A stretch of DNA of 36,443 nucleotides from Candidatus Micrarchaeota archaeon. GTDB taxonomy: Archaea > Micrarchaeota > Micrarchaeia > Norongarragalinales > Norongarragalinaceae. A program made the position numbers and the translations under genes. This document shows positions 8,214-16,603 of the stretch, piece by piece. Numbering within the stretch: position 1 is the first letter of the stretch; the number at the start of each line of letters is the position of its first letter. The notes below the pieces were generated by a model that made no database searches, had not been told where the DNA came from, and saw only the letters and a list, made by a program, of their open reading frames with translations. The stretch spans positions 1-36,443 of the forward strand of contig JAZDNL010000037.1 in assembly GCA_043799765.1 (NCBI GenBank), written 5' to 3'.

Positions 8214-9589
8214 GCGGGCTCGACGCACTGCTGGAACCGAAGAGCGTCGCGGTGATAGGCGCGTCGCGCGACCCGAAGAGCGTCGGGTACGGCGTGCTTC
8301 AGGGGCTGCTGAAGGGCTGCGTCCTGCCATCGGAATATGCCAAGCCTTTCGGCGGGAAGGTTTACGCGGTAAACCCGAACGCGGAAAAAATACTCGGCAC
8401 AAGATGCTACGCGGACGTTAAGGATATTTCGGGCACTGTTGATTTGGCGGTAATCTGCGTGCCTGCCAAGGTGGTTCCGGCGGTGCTGAGGGACTGCGCG
8501 GAGAAAAAGGTGAAGGCGGCGGTTGTTGTTTCGGCCGGTTTCGCCGAAACAGGGGACGCGACGCTTCAGGAGGAAATTGCGGCAATCGCGAAGCGCGGAG
8601 GCATGCGGTTGCTCGGCCCGAACTGCCTCGGCGTCATCCGGCCGTCGAAATCGCTCAACGCTTCATTCGGCTTAAGCATGCCTCGCGCAGGAGGAACGGC
8701 CTTTGTAACGCAATCCGGCGCGCTCGCGGACAGCATCATCGACTGGGCGCTGGAGGAGATGTACGCTTTCAGCGCCATCGTGAGCCTCGGAAACAAGGCG
8801 GACATTGACGAGGCGGATTTGACGGAATGGTTCGGCCGCGACGGGGAAACAAAGGCGATTGCGCTTTATCTCGAAGGCGTGAGGAATGGGCACAAGCTGA
8901 TGACCGCGGTGAAAACCGCGGTGGCCCGCGGTAAGGCGGTGCTCGTGCTTAAGGGCGGAAGGCGCGGCGAGGGCGCGAAGGCTGTTTCCTCCCACACAGG
9001 CGCGCTCGCGGGCTCGTACGCCGTCTTCGAGGCGGCGATGCGCCAGAGCGGCGCCGTTGTCGTCGAAAGCCTGGAGGAACTGTTCGGGTTGGCGAAAGCC
9101 GCCAGCGAACAGCCGAGAGCCGCGGGCAATGCCGTCGCGGTAGTCACGAACGGCGGGGGCGCGGGAGTGCTTTGCGCGGACTATTGCGAGGAATTCGGAG
9201 TGAAGCTCGCGGAACTGAAGGAGGCGACGCTTAGCAAACTCGATGCTACGAAGCTCATGCATCCCGCGTATTCGCGGCGCAACCCCCTTGATTTGGTGGG
9301 CGACGCTACTGCGAAAAGGTACGAAGCGGCGCTGAATATCCTTCTGGCGGACGACGGCGTGAAGGCGGCAATCGTGATTCAGACGCTCCAGACCATGACC
9401 GAAGCGGAGGAGGACGCGCGGACCGTGCTGCGCATGCGGAAAAAATACCCGAAGAAACCCATCGTGTGCGTTTTCATGGGCGGGAAATACAGCAAAGCCG
9501 CGATTCGCCTGCTGAGCGAGAACGGCGTGCCCAACTACGACGACCCGCGGAAGGCGGCGAAAGCGATGGCGCTTCTCGTCGGCGCGTGA
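8210..9589 (+). CDS. acdA: ADP-forming acetyl-CoA synthetase, alpha (CoA-binding/ligase-CoA) subunit
   Basis: LLEPKSVAVIGASRDPKSVGY (CoA-binding), GPNCLG and FVTQSGAL (succinyl-CoA-synthetase-like). The ATG at 8210 overlaps the acdB stop; the 8072 extension is Arg-rich and implausible. Confidence 0.75.
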   Translation: MSGLDALLEPKSVAVIGASRDPKSVGYGVLQGLLKGCVLPSEYAKPFGGKVYAVNPNAEKILGTRCYADVKDISGTVDLAVICVPAKVVPAVLRDCAEKKVKAAVVVSAGFAETGDATLQEEIAAIAKRGGMRLLGPNCLGVIRPSKSLNASFGLSMPRAGGTAFVTQSGALADSIIDWALEEMYAFSAIVSLGNKADIDEADLTEWFGRDGETKAIALYLEGVRNGHKLMTAVKTAVARGKAVLVLKGGRRGEGAKAVSSHTGALAGSYAVFEAAMRQSGAVVVESLEELFGLAKAASEQPRAAGNAVAVVTNGGGAGVLCADYCEEFGVKLAELKEATLSKLDATKLMHPAYSRRNPLDLVGDATAKRYEAALNILLADDGVKAAIVIQTLQTMTEAEEDARTVLRMRKKYPKKPIVCVFMGGKYSKAAIRLLSENGVPNYDDPRKAAKAMALLVGA

Positions 9590-9647
9590 CGCGCAATTTT
9601 ATTAATGCAAACGGCGAAGCAGTATTGCTAGTTGTGGGGATGACGGC

Positions 9648-10517
9648 ATGCGAATGAAGACGGGCAGCGAGCGTCTGAAAAGGGGGTTCGCGTCGATGCA
9701 GAAAGGCGGCGTCATAATGGACGTGGTCAGCCCCAAGCAGGCGCGAATCGCGGAAAAAGCCGGCGCCGTGGCGGTTATGGCGCTCCACGCGATTCCGGCG
9801 GACATACGCGCTCTCGGAGGAGTGGCGCGGATGGCGTATCCCGAGCGCATAGAGGAAATCATGGCCGCGGTTACTATTCCGGTTATGGCGAAGTGCAGGA
9901 TAGGGCATTTCGCCGAGGCGCAGGTGCTGCAGGAAATCGGGGTTGACATGATAGACGAGTCCGAGGTGCTCACCCCGGCGGACAGCAGGCACATAGACAA
10001 AAAGAAATTCACCGTTCCGTTCGTCTGCGGCTGCCGCAACCTGGGAGAGGCGCTGCGCAGGATAGGCGAGGGCGCGGCGATGATACGCACCAAAGGCGAA
10101 CCCGGAACGGGCAACGTCGCCGAAGCTGTTAAGCATGTGCGGCAGGTTAGCGCGGAGATTGCGGGACTGCGCGGCGCGGATTTCGCCGCAAAGGCGCGCG
10201 AATACCGCGTGCCTGTTGCGCTTGTCAGGGAAACCGCGGCGCTGGCACGGCTGCCAGTAGTGAATTTCGCCGCAGGCGGCATAGCGACCCCGGCGGACGC
10301 GTCGCTTATGATGCAGCTCGGGGTTGACGGCGTGTTCGTCGGCTCGGGCATATTCAAGTCGTCGAAGCCCGAAACGCTCGCAAAGGCGATTGTACAAGCG
10401 ACGCGCGAGTACGACAAACCCAAGGAGGTGCTGAAGGCGTCGCGGAACGCGGGAGTGCCGATGAAGGGGATGGGCGACATTCCGGAAGCGGAGCGCATGC
10501 AGGACAGGAGCAACTGA
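9648..10517 (+). CDS. pdxS: Pyridoxal 5'-phosphate synthase lyase subunit PdxS
   Basis: [18 protein letters not shown] and [15 protein letters not shown] motifs. Confidence 0.9.
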   Translation: MRMKTGSERLKRGFASMQKGGVIMDVVSPKQARIAEKAGAVAVMALHAIPADIRALGGVARMAYPERIEEIMAAVTIPVMAKCRIGHFAEAQVLQEIGVDMIDESEVLTPADSRHIDKKKFTVPFVCGCRNLGEALRRIGEGAAMIRTKGEPGTGNVAEAVKHVRQVSAEIAGLRGADFAAKAREYRVPVALVRETAALARLPVVNFAAGGIATPADASLMMQLGVDGVFVGSGIFKSSKPETLAKAIVQATREYDKPKEVLKASRNAGVPMKGMGDIPEAERMQDRSN

Positions 10518-10522
10518 TTCTC

Positions 10523-11095
10523 GTGAGGAAGACAATAGGCGTTCTCGGGCTCCAGGGCGCGATTTCCGAGCACGTCGGCGCACTTGCAAGGGCGGGGGCG
10601 GCCGGAAAAAGGGTGAGGCGGCTTGACGAACTCGACGGCCTGGACGGGCTCATCATTCCGGGCGGTGAATCAACTGCAATCGGAAAACTGATGCAGGCGT
10701 CGGGAATGTTCGAACGCGTGCGGGAGCTCGCCAGGGAAGGTTTTCCCATCTACGGGACGTGCGCGGGAATGATACTGCTCGCGAAAAAAGGCGGCGCTCT
10801 TGGGAGCGGGCAAAAGCTGCTCGGGCTCATGGACATGGAGGTTGAGCGCAACGCGTTCGGCAGGCAGCGGGAATCTTTCGAGGCGGACGTGGACATCGAG
10901 GGAATCGGAAAGTTCCCTTGCGCGTTCATACGCGCGCCTGCCGCCGTAAAGGTGTGGGACGGGTGCACGCCGCTCGGCAGGTACGGGAAATTCATAGTCG
11001 CGGCAAGGCAGGGGAACCTTTTCGCAACCGCGTTCCATCCCGAACTCGTCGCCGACAGCCGCGTCCACGAGTATTTCATAAGGGAATTCTGCTGA
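10523..11095 (+). CDS. pdxT: Pyridoxal 5'-phosphate synthase glutaminase subunit PdxT
   Basis: IGVLGLQGA, IIPGGESTA, GTCAG (nucleophile Cys) and AFHPEL motifs. Adjacent to pdxS. Confidence 0.9.
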   Translation: MRKTIGVLGLQGAISEHVGALARAGAAGKRVRRLDELDGLDGLIIPGGESTAIGKLMQASGMFERVRELAREGFPIYGTCAGMILLAKKGGALGSGQKLLGLMDMEVERNAFGRQRESFEADVDIEGIGKFPCAFIRAPAAVKVWDGCTPLGRYGKFIVAARQGNLFATAFHPELVADSRVHEYFIREFC

Positions 11096-11106
11096 AGAGC
11101 AAGCGC

Positions 11107-11114
11107 TTTTTAAT
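11107..11114 (+). promoter_or_regulatory. TATA-like box for the idsA-ispH-ispE operon
   Basis: TTTTTAAT, about 24 nt upstream of ATG 11135. Confidence 0.45.
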
Positions 11115-11134
11115 GCTGGCGCGGTGTTTTAGCC

Positions 11135-12157
11135 ATGGACGTTTTGTCGGTGCTGCAGCAGAAATCCAAGGTGATAGACGCCAGCCTGCCGCTTTTCCTG
11201 CCGAAACGCGAGGGTTCGGGCTGGAAGAAGGATTATCGCGACATGCTGTGGGACTACAACCTGCGGGGCGGAAAAAGGCTGCGGCCCGCGCTGTGCATGC
11301 TTTCGTGCGAGGCTTTTTGGGGGAAGCAGGAGCAGGCGGTCCCGACAGCCGTAGCGCTCGAGCTTCTGCAGAACTTCTTCCTTGTTCACGATGACATAGA
11401 GGACGAGAGCCTTCAACGCAGGGGGAAGCCGTGCCTGCACCTCATTTACGGCATTCCGTACGCGATAAACGCAGGGGACGCGACGTTCGTGAAGGTGTGG
11501 GAGACGCTGATGGCGAACCGCGGCGTGCTGGGCGATGAAAAAGCGCTGGAAATCCTTGAGGAGTTCGTCGGCCTCTGCAATAGGACAACGGAAGGGCAGA
11601 TGCGCGAGATGTTCTGGGTCAAGGAAAAGGAATGGGACATCGACGAGAAGGATTATTTTGAGATGGCTGGGGAGAAGGCTGGCTATTACACCGTCGTCGC
11701 GCCGCTGCGGCTCGGCGCGATATGCGCGGGGCGCGGCGGGTTGAAAAGCAATTTCGACTCGTGGGGAATCAAATGGGGCGTCGCGTTCCAGATTCAGGAC
11801 GACCTGCTGAACGCCGTCGGCGGGAAGAAATACGGGAAGGAAATCGGCGGCGACATCTACGAGGGCAAGCGCACGCTTCTTCTGATACATTTGATGGAGC
11901 ATTGCAGCTACAAGGAAAGGAAGGAAGTGCTGCGCATCATGAACAAGCCCCGGCAGAAGAAAACCGCGGCGGAAGTGAAGAAGGTTCTTGCGCTCATGAA
12001 GAAATGCGGGAGCGTGGATTACGCGCGCCGAACCGCCCGCGAACTCGCCGAGGAGGCGAAGCTCGGCTTCGAGAAAAGCTTCGCGGACGCGCGCCAGGGA
12101 GCGGCGAAGGAGTCGCTCCGCGCGCTTATCGATTACGTCATAGAGAGGGATGTCTGA
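11135..12157 (+). CDS. idsA: Polyprenyl (geranylgeranyl) diphosphate synthase
   Basis: First Asp-rich motif FLVHDDIEDES and second FQIQDDLLN. 340 aa. Confidence 0.85.
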   Translation: MDVLSVLQQKSKVIDASLPLFLPKREGSGWKKDYRDMLWDYNLRGGKRLRPALCMLSCEAFWGKQEQAVPTAVALELLQNFFLVHDDIEDESLQRRGKPCLHLIYGIPYAINAGDATFVKVWETLMANRGVLGDEKALEILEEFVGLCNRTTEGQMREMFWVKEKEWDIDEKDYFEMAGEKAGYYTVVAPLRLGAICAGRGGLKSNFDSWGIKWGVAFQIQDDLLNAVGGKKYGKEIGGDIYEGKRTLLLIHLMEHCSYKERKEVLRIMNKPRQKKTAAEVKKVLALMKKCGSVDYARRTARELAEEAKLGFEKSFADARQGAAKESLRALIDYVIERDV

Positions 12158-12981
12158 TGAAGGTTATCCGCGCCAGCAAGGCGGGCTTCTGCTTCGGCGT
12201 AAAGCGCGCCGTGAAGCTGTCCGAGGAGGCGTCAAGGGGGAAGGGGCCCGTGCACACGCTCGGCCCTGTTGTGCATAATCCGCAGGCAATCGAGCGTCTC
12301 GAGCATATGGGCGTCAAGGAGATAAACGAGATAAGGGAGGCGCGCAAGGGAACGGTGATAATACGCGCGCACGGCATTCCCCCTGAAGATTACAAGGCGC
12401 TTGAAAGCAAGGGCATCGAAATCGTTGACGCGACGTGCCCCTTCGTGAAAAAGGCGCAGGACTACGCGCGCATGCTGCACGACGAGGGCTATGCCATAGT
12501 CATAATCGGCGAGAAGGACCACCCCGAGGTGCGGGGAATCAAGGGGCACGCGAAAGAAGCCACGGTCATCGAAACAACCGAGGAGGCGGAGAAGCTGCCC
12601 ATGTGCGGGAAGATGGGCGTGGTCGTGCAAACCACGCAGGAGCAGGCGGTTGTCGGCAAAATCATCCCGATACTTTTCAACAAGACGAAGGAGCTTCGCG
12701 TCTTCAACACGATATGCAGCGCCACCGGCGAAAGGCAGGAGGCGGTGAAGGGGTTCGCGAAAAAGGTGGACGTCATCGTCGTGGTTGGCGGCAGGAACAG
12801 CGGGAACACGCGGCGGCTGGCGCAAATCGCCGAGCGCATCGCGCCCACCTACCACATCGAAACCGCCAGGGAACTGAAGAAGGAATGGTTCAGGGGCGCG
12901 AGAACCGTCGGCGTGGCTGCTGGCGCGAGCACGCCCGACTTCGTCATCGACGAAGTGGTGAAGAGGCTTGAAAGTTACTGA
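12157..12981 (+). CDS. ispH: 4-hydroxy-3-methylbut-2-enyl diphosphate reductase (IspH/LytB)
   Basis: MKVIRASKAGFCFGVKRAV, GPVVHNPQ, DATCPFV, FNTICSAT and GGRNSGNTRRL motifs. The ATG at 12157 overlaps the idsA stop (TGATG); the upstream part of ORF 11722.. is an Arg-rich read-through of idsA in another frame. Confidence 0.9.
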   Translation: MKVIRASKAGFCFGVKRAVKLSEEASRGKGPVHTLGPVVHNPQAIERLEHMGVKEINEIREARKGTVIIRAHGIPPEDYKALESKGIEIVDATCPFVKKAQDYARMLHDEGYAIVIIGEKDHPEVRGIKGHAKEATVIETTEEAEKLPMCGKMGVVVQTTQEQAVVGKIIPILFNKTKELRVFNTICSATGERQEAVKGFAKKVDVIVVVGGRNSGNTRRLAQIAERIAPTYHIETARELKKEWFRGARTVGVAAGASTPDFVIDEVVKRLESY

Positions 12982-13765
12982 GCGCGCCGATGCGAAGGTC
13001 AATCTCCTTCTCGACGCTGGCGCCGTGAAGGGCGGCTTCCACCAGGTGGACGCGGTCTTTCAGGAGATATCCCTCCATGACGACGTCGTCGTGGAAAAAT
13101 CGCAGAGGACGTGCGTCTGGTGCGTCGAGGTTTCAAAGAATAACATCGCGGAAAAAGCCGCGAAACTCTTTTTCGACAAGACTGAGGTGATAGGCGGCGC
13201 GAAAATCTCGATAACCAAGCGCATACCGACTGCCGCGGGATTGGGCGGCGGAAGCTCCGACGCCGCCGCGGTGATACGCGGGCTCAACAGGCTGTACGGC
13301 ACCGAGCTTACGAAAGAGGAAATGAAGGAAATCGGGCGCCAGGTTGGTTCGGACGTCTGCTTCTTCCTCGAGGGCGGCGCGTGCCTCGCGAGGGGCAGGG
13401 AATTCAACCTGACGAAGCTCAGGCCGAAGGCGCGCTTCTACGTAGTGCTCGAAACGCCGAAGGTGAAGCTGCCTGAAAAGAAAACCGCCTGGGTTTATTC
13501 GGAATACGACGGGATTGCGAAGAAAAAGCACTACGACGCGGACCGAATGGCTTACGCGGTGGAGCACGGAACGGCGAAAGAAATCGCCGCGCTGCTCGGA
13601 AACTCACTCGAGGACGTCGTCCTGAAGGCGTTCCCCGCGTGCGCGGCGGCGAAGAAGCGCCTTCTTGAAAAGGGCGCGCTCGGCAGCCTCGTAAGCGGCG
13701 CGGGGCCTACGGTATTCGGGATATTCGACAAAAGGGTTGCGGGCGCGTACGAAACGGTCGCCTAA
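12968..13765 (+). CDS. ispE: 4-diphosphocytidyl-2-C-methyl-D-erythritol kinase (IspE, GHMP kinase)
   Basis: AKVNLLLD...GFHQVDAVFQEISLHD and the GHMP motif PTAAGLGGGSSDAAAV. TTG start overlapping the ispH end by 14 nt. Confidence 0.75.
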   Translation: MKVTERADAKVNLLLDAGAVKGGFHQVDAVFQEISLHDDVVVEKSQRTCVWCVEVSKNNIAEKAAKLFFDKTEVIGGAKISITKRIPTAAGLGGGSSDAAAVIRGLNRLYGTELTKEEMKEIGRQVGSDVCFFLEGGACLARGREFNLTKLRPKARFYVVLETPKVKLPEKKTAWVYSEYDGIAKKKHYDADRMAYAVEHGTAKEIAALLGNSLEDVVLKAFPACAAAKKRLLEKGALGSLVSGAGPTVFGIFDKRVAGAYETVA

Positions 13766-14238
13766 TTTTTATAAACGAGCGCTACCGCGTACGCCATCAC
13801 GCCCTCGCCCTTTCCGAAGGCGGACAGCGTTTCCCCCGTAGTCGCGGTTATGCCGATTTTATCCGCGGGGATGCCCAGTATTTTCGAAAGCGACGCCTGC
13901 ATCTTCTCGAAGGAAGGTTCTATTTTCGGCTTCGCGCATTCTATCGAGATTGCGACGTTCGCGACGCCGTAGCCCGCGTCCTTCACTTTTTTCAGCGCGA
14001 CCTTTACGTATTCGCGGCTGTCTTTTACGCCTGCCTTGCACATGGCGTCGGCGTAGGAGGAAAGGGAGCGTCCGCCAACCGCCGACGTCAGGGCGTTGCA
14101 CAGCGCGTGAAGGACCACGTCGCCGTCGGAGTTCGCCTTGAATCCTTCGATGCCTTCGAACGCAACTCCGCCGAGCACGCACTTCCTTCCTTTTTCAAAG
14201 GCATGCGAATCGTGCCCCAACCCGATGCGAAATTCCAT
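13762..14238 (-). CDS. ispF: 2-C-methyl-D-erythritol 2,4-cyclodiphosphate synthase (IspF)
   Basis: FRIGLGHDSHAF and SDGDVVLHALCNAL motifs. The ATG at 14238 overlaps the ispD stop by 1 nt (TGATG). 158 aa. Confidence 0.9.
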   Translation of the reverse strand: MEFRIGLGHDSHAFEKGRKCVLGGVAFEGIEGFKANSDGDVVLHALCNALTSAVGGRSLSSYADAMCKAGVKDSREYVKVALKKVKDAGYGVANVAISIECAKPKIEPSFEKMQASLSKILGIPADKIGITATTGETLSAFGKGEGVMAYAVALVYKN

Positions 14239-15533
14239 CAAATCACCTGCAAAAGCGTTTTTACGCGCGCATAAATCTCGCGCAACCTGTTCTCCGCAAG
14301 CTCGCACGCCCTCGCGAGCATCGGGTTCTGCGGCTTAAGGCGCGACTGGATGTCCGCGAAGCGCTCGTCCAGCCCCATCACCACGCCGCCCTGCCCGACG
14401 CACAGGTCCGCGTACGTGAGTATCTCCGCGGCGAGCGACGACGGCAGCAAATCCTGCGGCGCGAACCCGTACTGCGACAGGTCCGTGCCGCGCAGCTTCG
14501 CCTCTTCGAACGCGGCGTTGTGCGAAAGCACGACGCGCGCGACGCCTTCCTCGTTTTTCGCCCGCAGGAAAACAGCGGCGTCAACCGCGTGCACGCCCGC
14601 CTTGTTCAGCGGTTCTGCGTAACCGATGTCGTGAAGCAGCGCCGCGATGCGCAATTCCTCGACGTCGAGAAGCTCTATGCGCTTCACGAGCGACGCCTGC
14701 GAGTATTTGCCCTTGGAAAGGTTCTCCTTGAGCTTGAGCGCGGTTTCCGCCGCGACGCGCGCGACTTCGAGATCGTGCTTGTAGCGCGTCGGGTTCTCGC
14801 CCAGATAATGCTTAAGCATCCGCATCGCGTCGTCGTACGTCAGGCGCGTCTTCGTCATCCTCCTCCGCAAAACGTCCTCGGCGAAAACGATGTCCTCGAG
14901 CGTGGTAATCTTGATGTTCTCGTAGCTCCCCTCGACGATTTTCACGGGCACGCCTATGCGCTCGACCAGCTGCGCGTCGTCGGTGCCGTAAAACTTCTCC
15001 GCAAGCGCCTTTTCGAACGCCTTCAACGCGACGTCGTACCTGATGCACTGCGGCGTCTGGATCGCCCAGAGCGCGGCGCGCACCGGCGTTTCCTGGACGA
15101 GCATGTCGGCGCCGACGCGCTTCACCGTTTCCTTCACGCGCGTCCCTACCACGGCGGCGCCCGTCTCCTTCGCGGCGTTTATGCACTCCGTAATCTCCTT
15201 CTGCGTAACGAGCGGGTTCGCGCCGTTGTGGATTGCGACGATATCGCAGGGCGGGCACGCCTTCAGGCCGTTGTAAACCGAATCCTGGCGCTCCTGCCCG
15301 CCGGCTACTACGGCGCGCACCTTCTTGAAGCCGAAGTCCTTCGCCATCGACTGGAAGTCGGGCATGCGCTCCTCCCCGCAGACTATTATGATGTCCGTGA
15401 CGAGCGGGTTGTCCTCGAACGCCTGCATCGCGTGCGCTGAAACGGGCTTGCCGAGAAGCGGGAACAGCTGTTTGCTGATTCCCCCGAGCCGCTTCGCCTT
15501 TCCGGACGCGGCAATAATCGCGACTACCTTCAT
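14238..15533 (-). CDS. ispD: 2-C-methyl-D-erythritol 4-phosphate cytidylyltransferase (IspD) fused to a C-terminal HD-domain phosphohydrolase
   Basis: aa 1-225 read VAIIAASGKAKRLGG...VAGGQERQDSV...YENIKITTLEDI (IspD). aa ~226-431 carry H..(48)..LLHDIGY...YADL, the H-HD-D pattern of the HD superfamily. Confidence 0.8.
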   Translation of the reverse strand: MKVVAIIAASGKAKRLGGISKQLFPLLGKPVSAHAMQAFEDNPLVTDIIIVCGEERMPDFQSMAKDFGFKKVRAVVAGGQERQDSVYNGLKACPPCDIVAIHNGANPLVTQKEITECINAAKETGAAVVGTRVKETVKRVGADMLVQETPVRAALWAIQTPQCIRYDVALKAFEKALAEKFYGTDDAQLVERIGVPVKIVEGSYENIKITTLEDIVFAEDVLRRRMTKTRLTYDDAMRMLKHYLGENPTRYKHDLEVARVAAETALKLKENLSKGKYSQASLVKRIELLDVEELRIAALLHDIGYAEPLNKAGVHAVDAAVFLRAKNEEGVARVVLSHNAAFEEAKLRGTDLSQYGFAPQDLLPSSLAAEILTYADLCVGQGGVVMGLDERFADIQSRLKPQNPMLARACELAENRLREIYARVKTLLQVI

Positions 15534-16603
15534 GCCTTTCGCCTCTCCTTCAGCATCGCGTCGATTTCATCGAACAGCGCGCCGACGATTTCTTTTTCGG
15601 GAACCTTGCGTACCACCTGCCCCTTCCGGAATATCACGCCTACTCCGCGTCCGCCTGCGACTCCGACGTCGGCTTCGCGTGCCTCGCCGGGGCCGTTTAC
15701 CACGCAGCCCATCACCGCGACGTGGAACGGTTCCTTGTACGCCTGCAGCCTTCCCTCGACTTCCTCGGCGATTTTTATGAGGTTGATTTCCGTGCGCCCG
15801 CACGTGGGGCAGGACGTCATTATCGGCCCGCGCTCGCGCATGCCCAGGTCCTTGAGTATTTCGTATCCGACGCGCACCTCTTCCAGAGGCGACGCCGTAA
15901 GGGAAACGCGTATCGTGTCGCCGATTCCTTCCATCAGCAGGGCTCCGAGCGCCATTGACGACTTGATGCTCCCGCCGAGAACCGTGCCTGCTTCCGTGAC
16001 GCCCAGATGAAGAGGGTAATCGCACTGCTTGGCCATGAGGCGGTACGCGGCAACGGTACGCGGGACATCACTGAACTTAAGCGATATCACTATGTCATGG
16101 AAATCCAAGGACTCCAGGATTTTCACGTGCCCTAACGCGCTTTCAACAGCGGCTTCGGGCGTCGGATGCCCGTACTTCTGCAGCAGCTTCGGCTCAAGCG
16201 AACCCGCGTTGACGCCGATGCGCATCGGGATGTGCGCGTTTTTCGCCGCCTTTACGACGGCGCGCACCTTTTCCTCTCCGCCTATGTTTCCGGGGTTGAT
16301 GCGCAGCTTCGAAACGCCGTTGTCGATGCACTTGAGCGCGAGCTTGTAGTCGAAATGGATGTCCGAGCAGACGGGAATGGGCGAATCCCTGGTGATGAGC
16401 TTGACTGCGTCCGCCGCCTTTTCATCGGGTATGGCGACGCGAACGAGTTCGCATCCCCGTTCGGCGAGGGCGCTTATCTGCTCCAGCGTTTTCTTCGCGT
16501 CGCGCGTATCGGTGTTGCACATGCTCTGCACAACTACGGGCGCACCGCCGCCGATTTTCACGGAACCCGCGTGCACCTGCCTGGATTTACGCCTTGGAAA
16601 CAT
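15530..16603 (-). CDS. ispG: 4-hydroxy-3-methylbut-2-en-1-yl diphosphate synthase (IspG/GcpE)
   Basis: VKIGGGAPVVVQSMCNTDTRD, RVAIPD, SCPTCGRT and MGCVVNGPGEA motifs. The ATG at 16603 (MFPRRKS) is preferred over the Arg-rich extension to 16687. Confidence 0.9.
   Translation of the reverse strand: MFPRRKSRQVHAGSVKIGGGAPVVVQSMCNTDTRDAKKTLEQISALAERGCELVRVAIPDEKAADAVKLITRDSPIPVCSDIHFDYKLALKCIDNGVSKLRINPGNIGGEEKVRAVVKAAKNAHIPMRIGVNAGSLEPKLLQKYGHPTPEAAVESALGHVKILESLDFHDIVISLKFSDVPRTVAAYRLMAKQCDYPLHLGVTEAGTVLGGSIKSSMALGALLMEGIGDTIRVSLTASPLEEVRVGYEILKDLGMRERGPIMTSCPTCGRTEINLIKIAEEVEGRLQAYKEPFHVAVMGCVVNGPGEAREADVGVAGGRGVGVIFRKGQVVRKVPEKEIVGALFDEIDAMLKERRKA

Noticed and set aside
7404-8402. 332-aa minus-strand ORF
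   Set aside because: It is antisense to the acdB/acdA genes. It is Arg/Pro/Ser-rich, so it is a shadow ORF.
9474-10589. 371-aa and 323-aa minus-strand ORFs (also 9602..10573)
   Set aside because: They are antisense to pdxS, whose identity is unambiguous.
11129-11902. 257-aa minus-strand ORF
   Set aside because: It is antisense to the GGPP synthase, which has both Asp-rich motifs.
11722-12156. N-terminal 145-aa extension of the ispH ORF (ORF 11722..12981)
   Set aside because: The extension is an alternative frame of idsA, Arg/Glu/Gly-rich and without IspH homology. IspH family N-termini start at MKVIRA..GFCFGV, and ATG 12157 is stop-start coupled to idsA. The same logic trimmed ORFs 8072, 16687, 18056, 19440, 23155, 26049, 29424, 35420 and 6356.
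12232-13002. 256-aa minus-strand ORF and 178-aa plus-strand ORF 12435..12971
   Set aside because: They are antisense to, or out of frame with, ispH. They are Arg-rich shadow ORFs.
14520-15440. 306-aa plus-strand ORF
   Set aside because: It is antisense to the ispD-HD gene.
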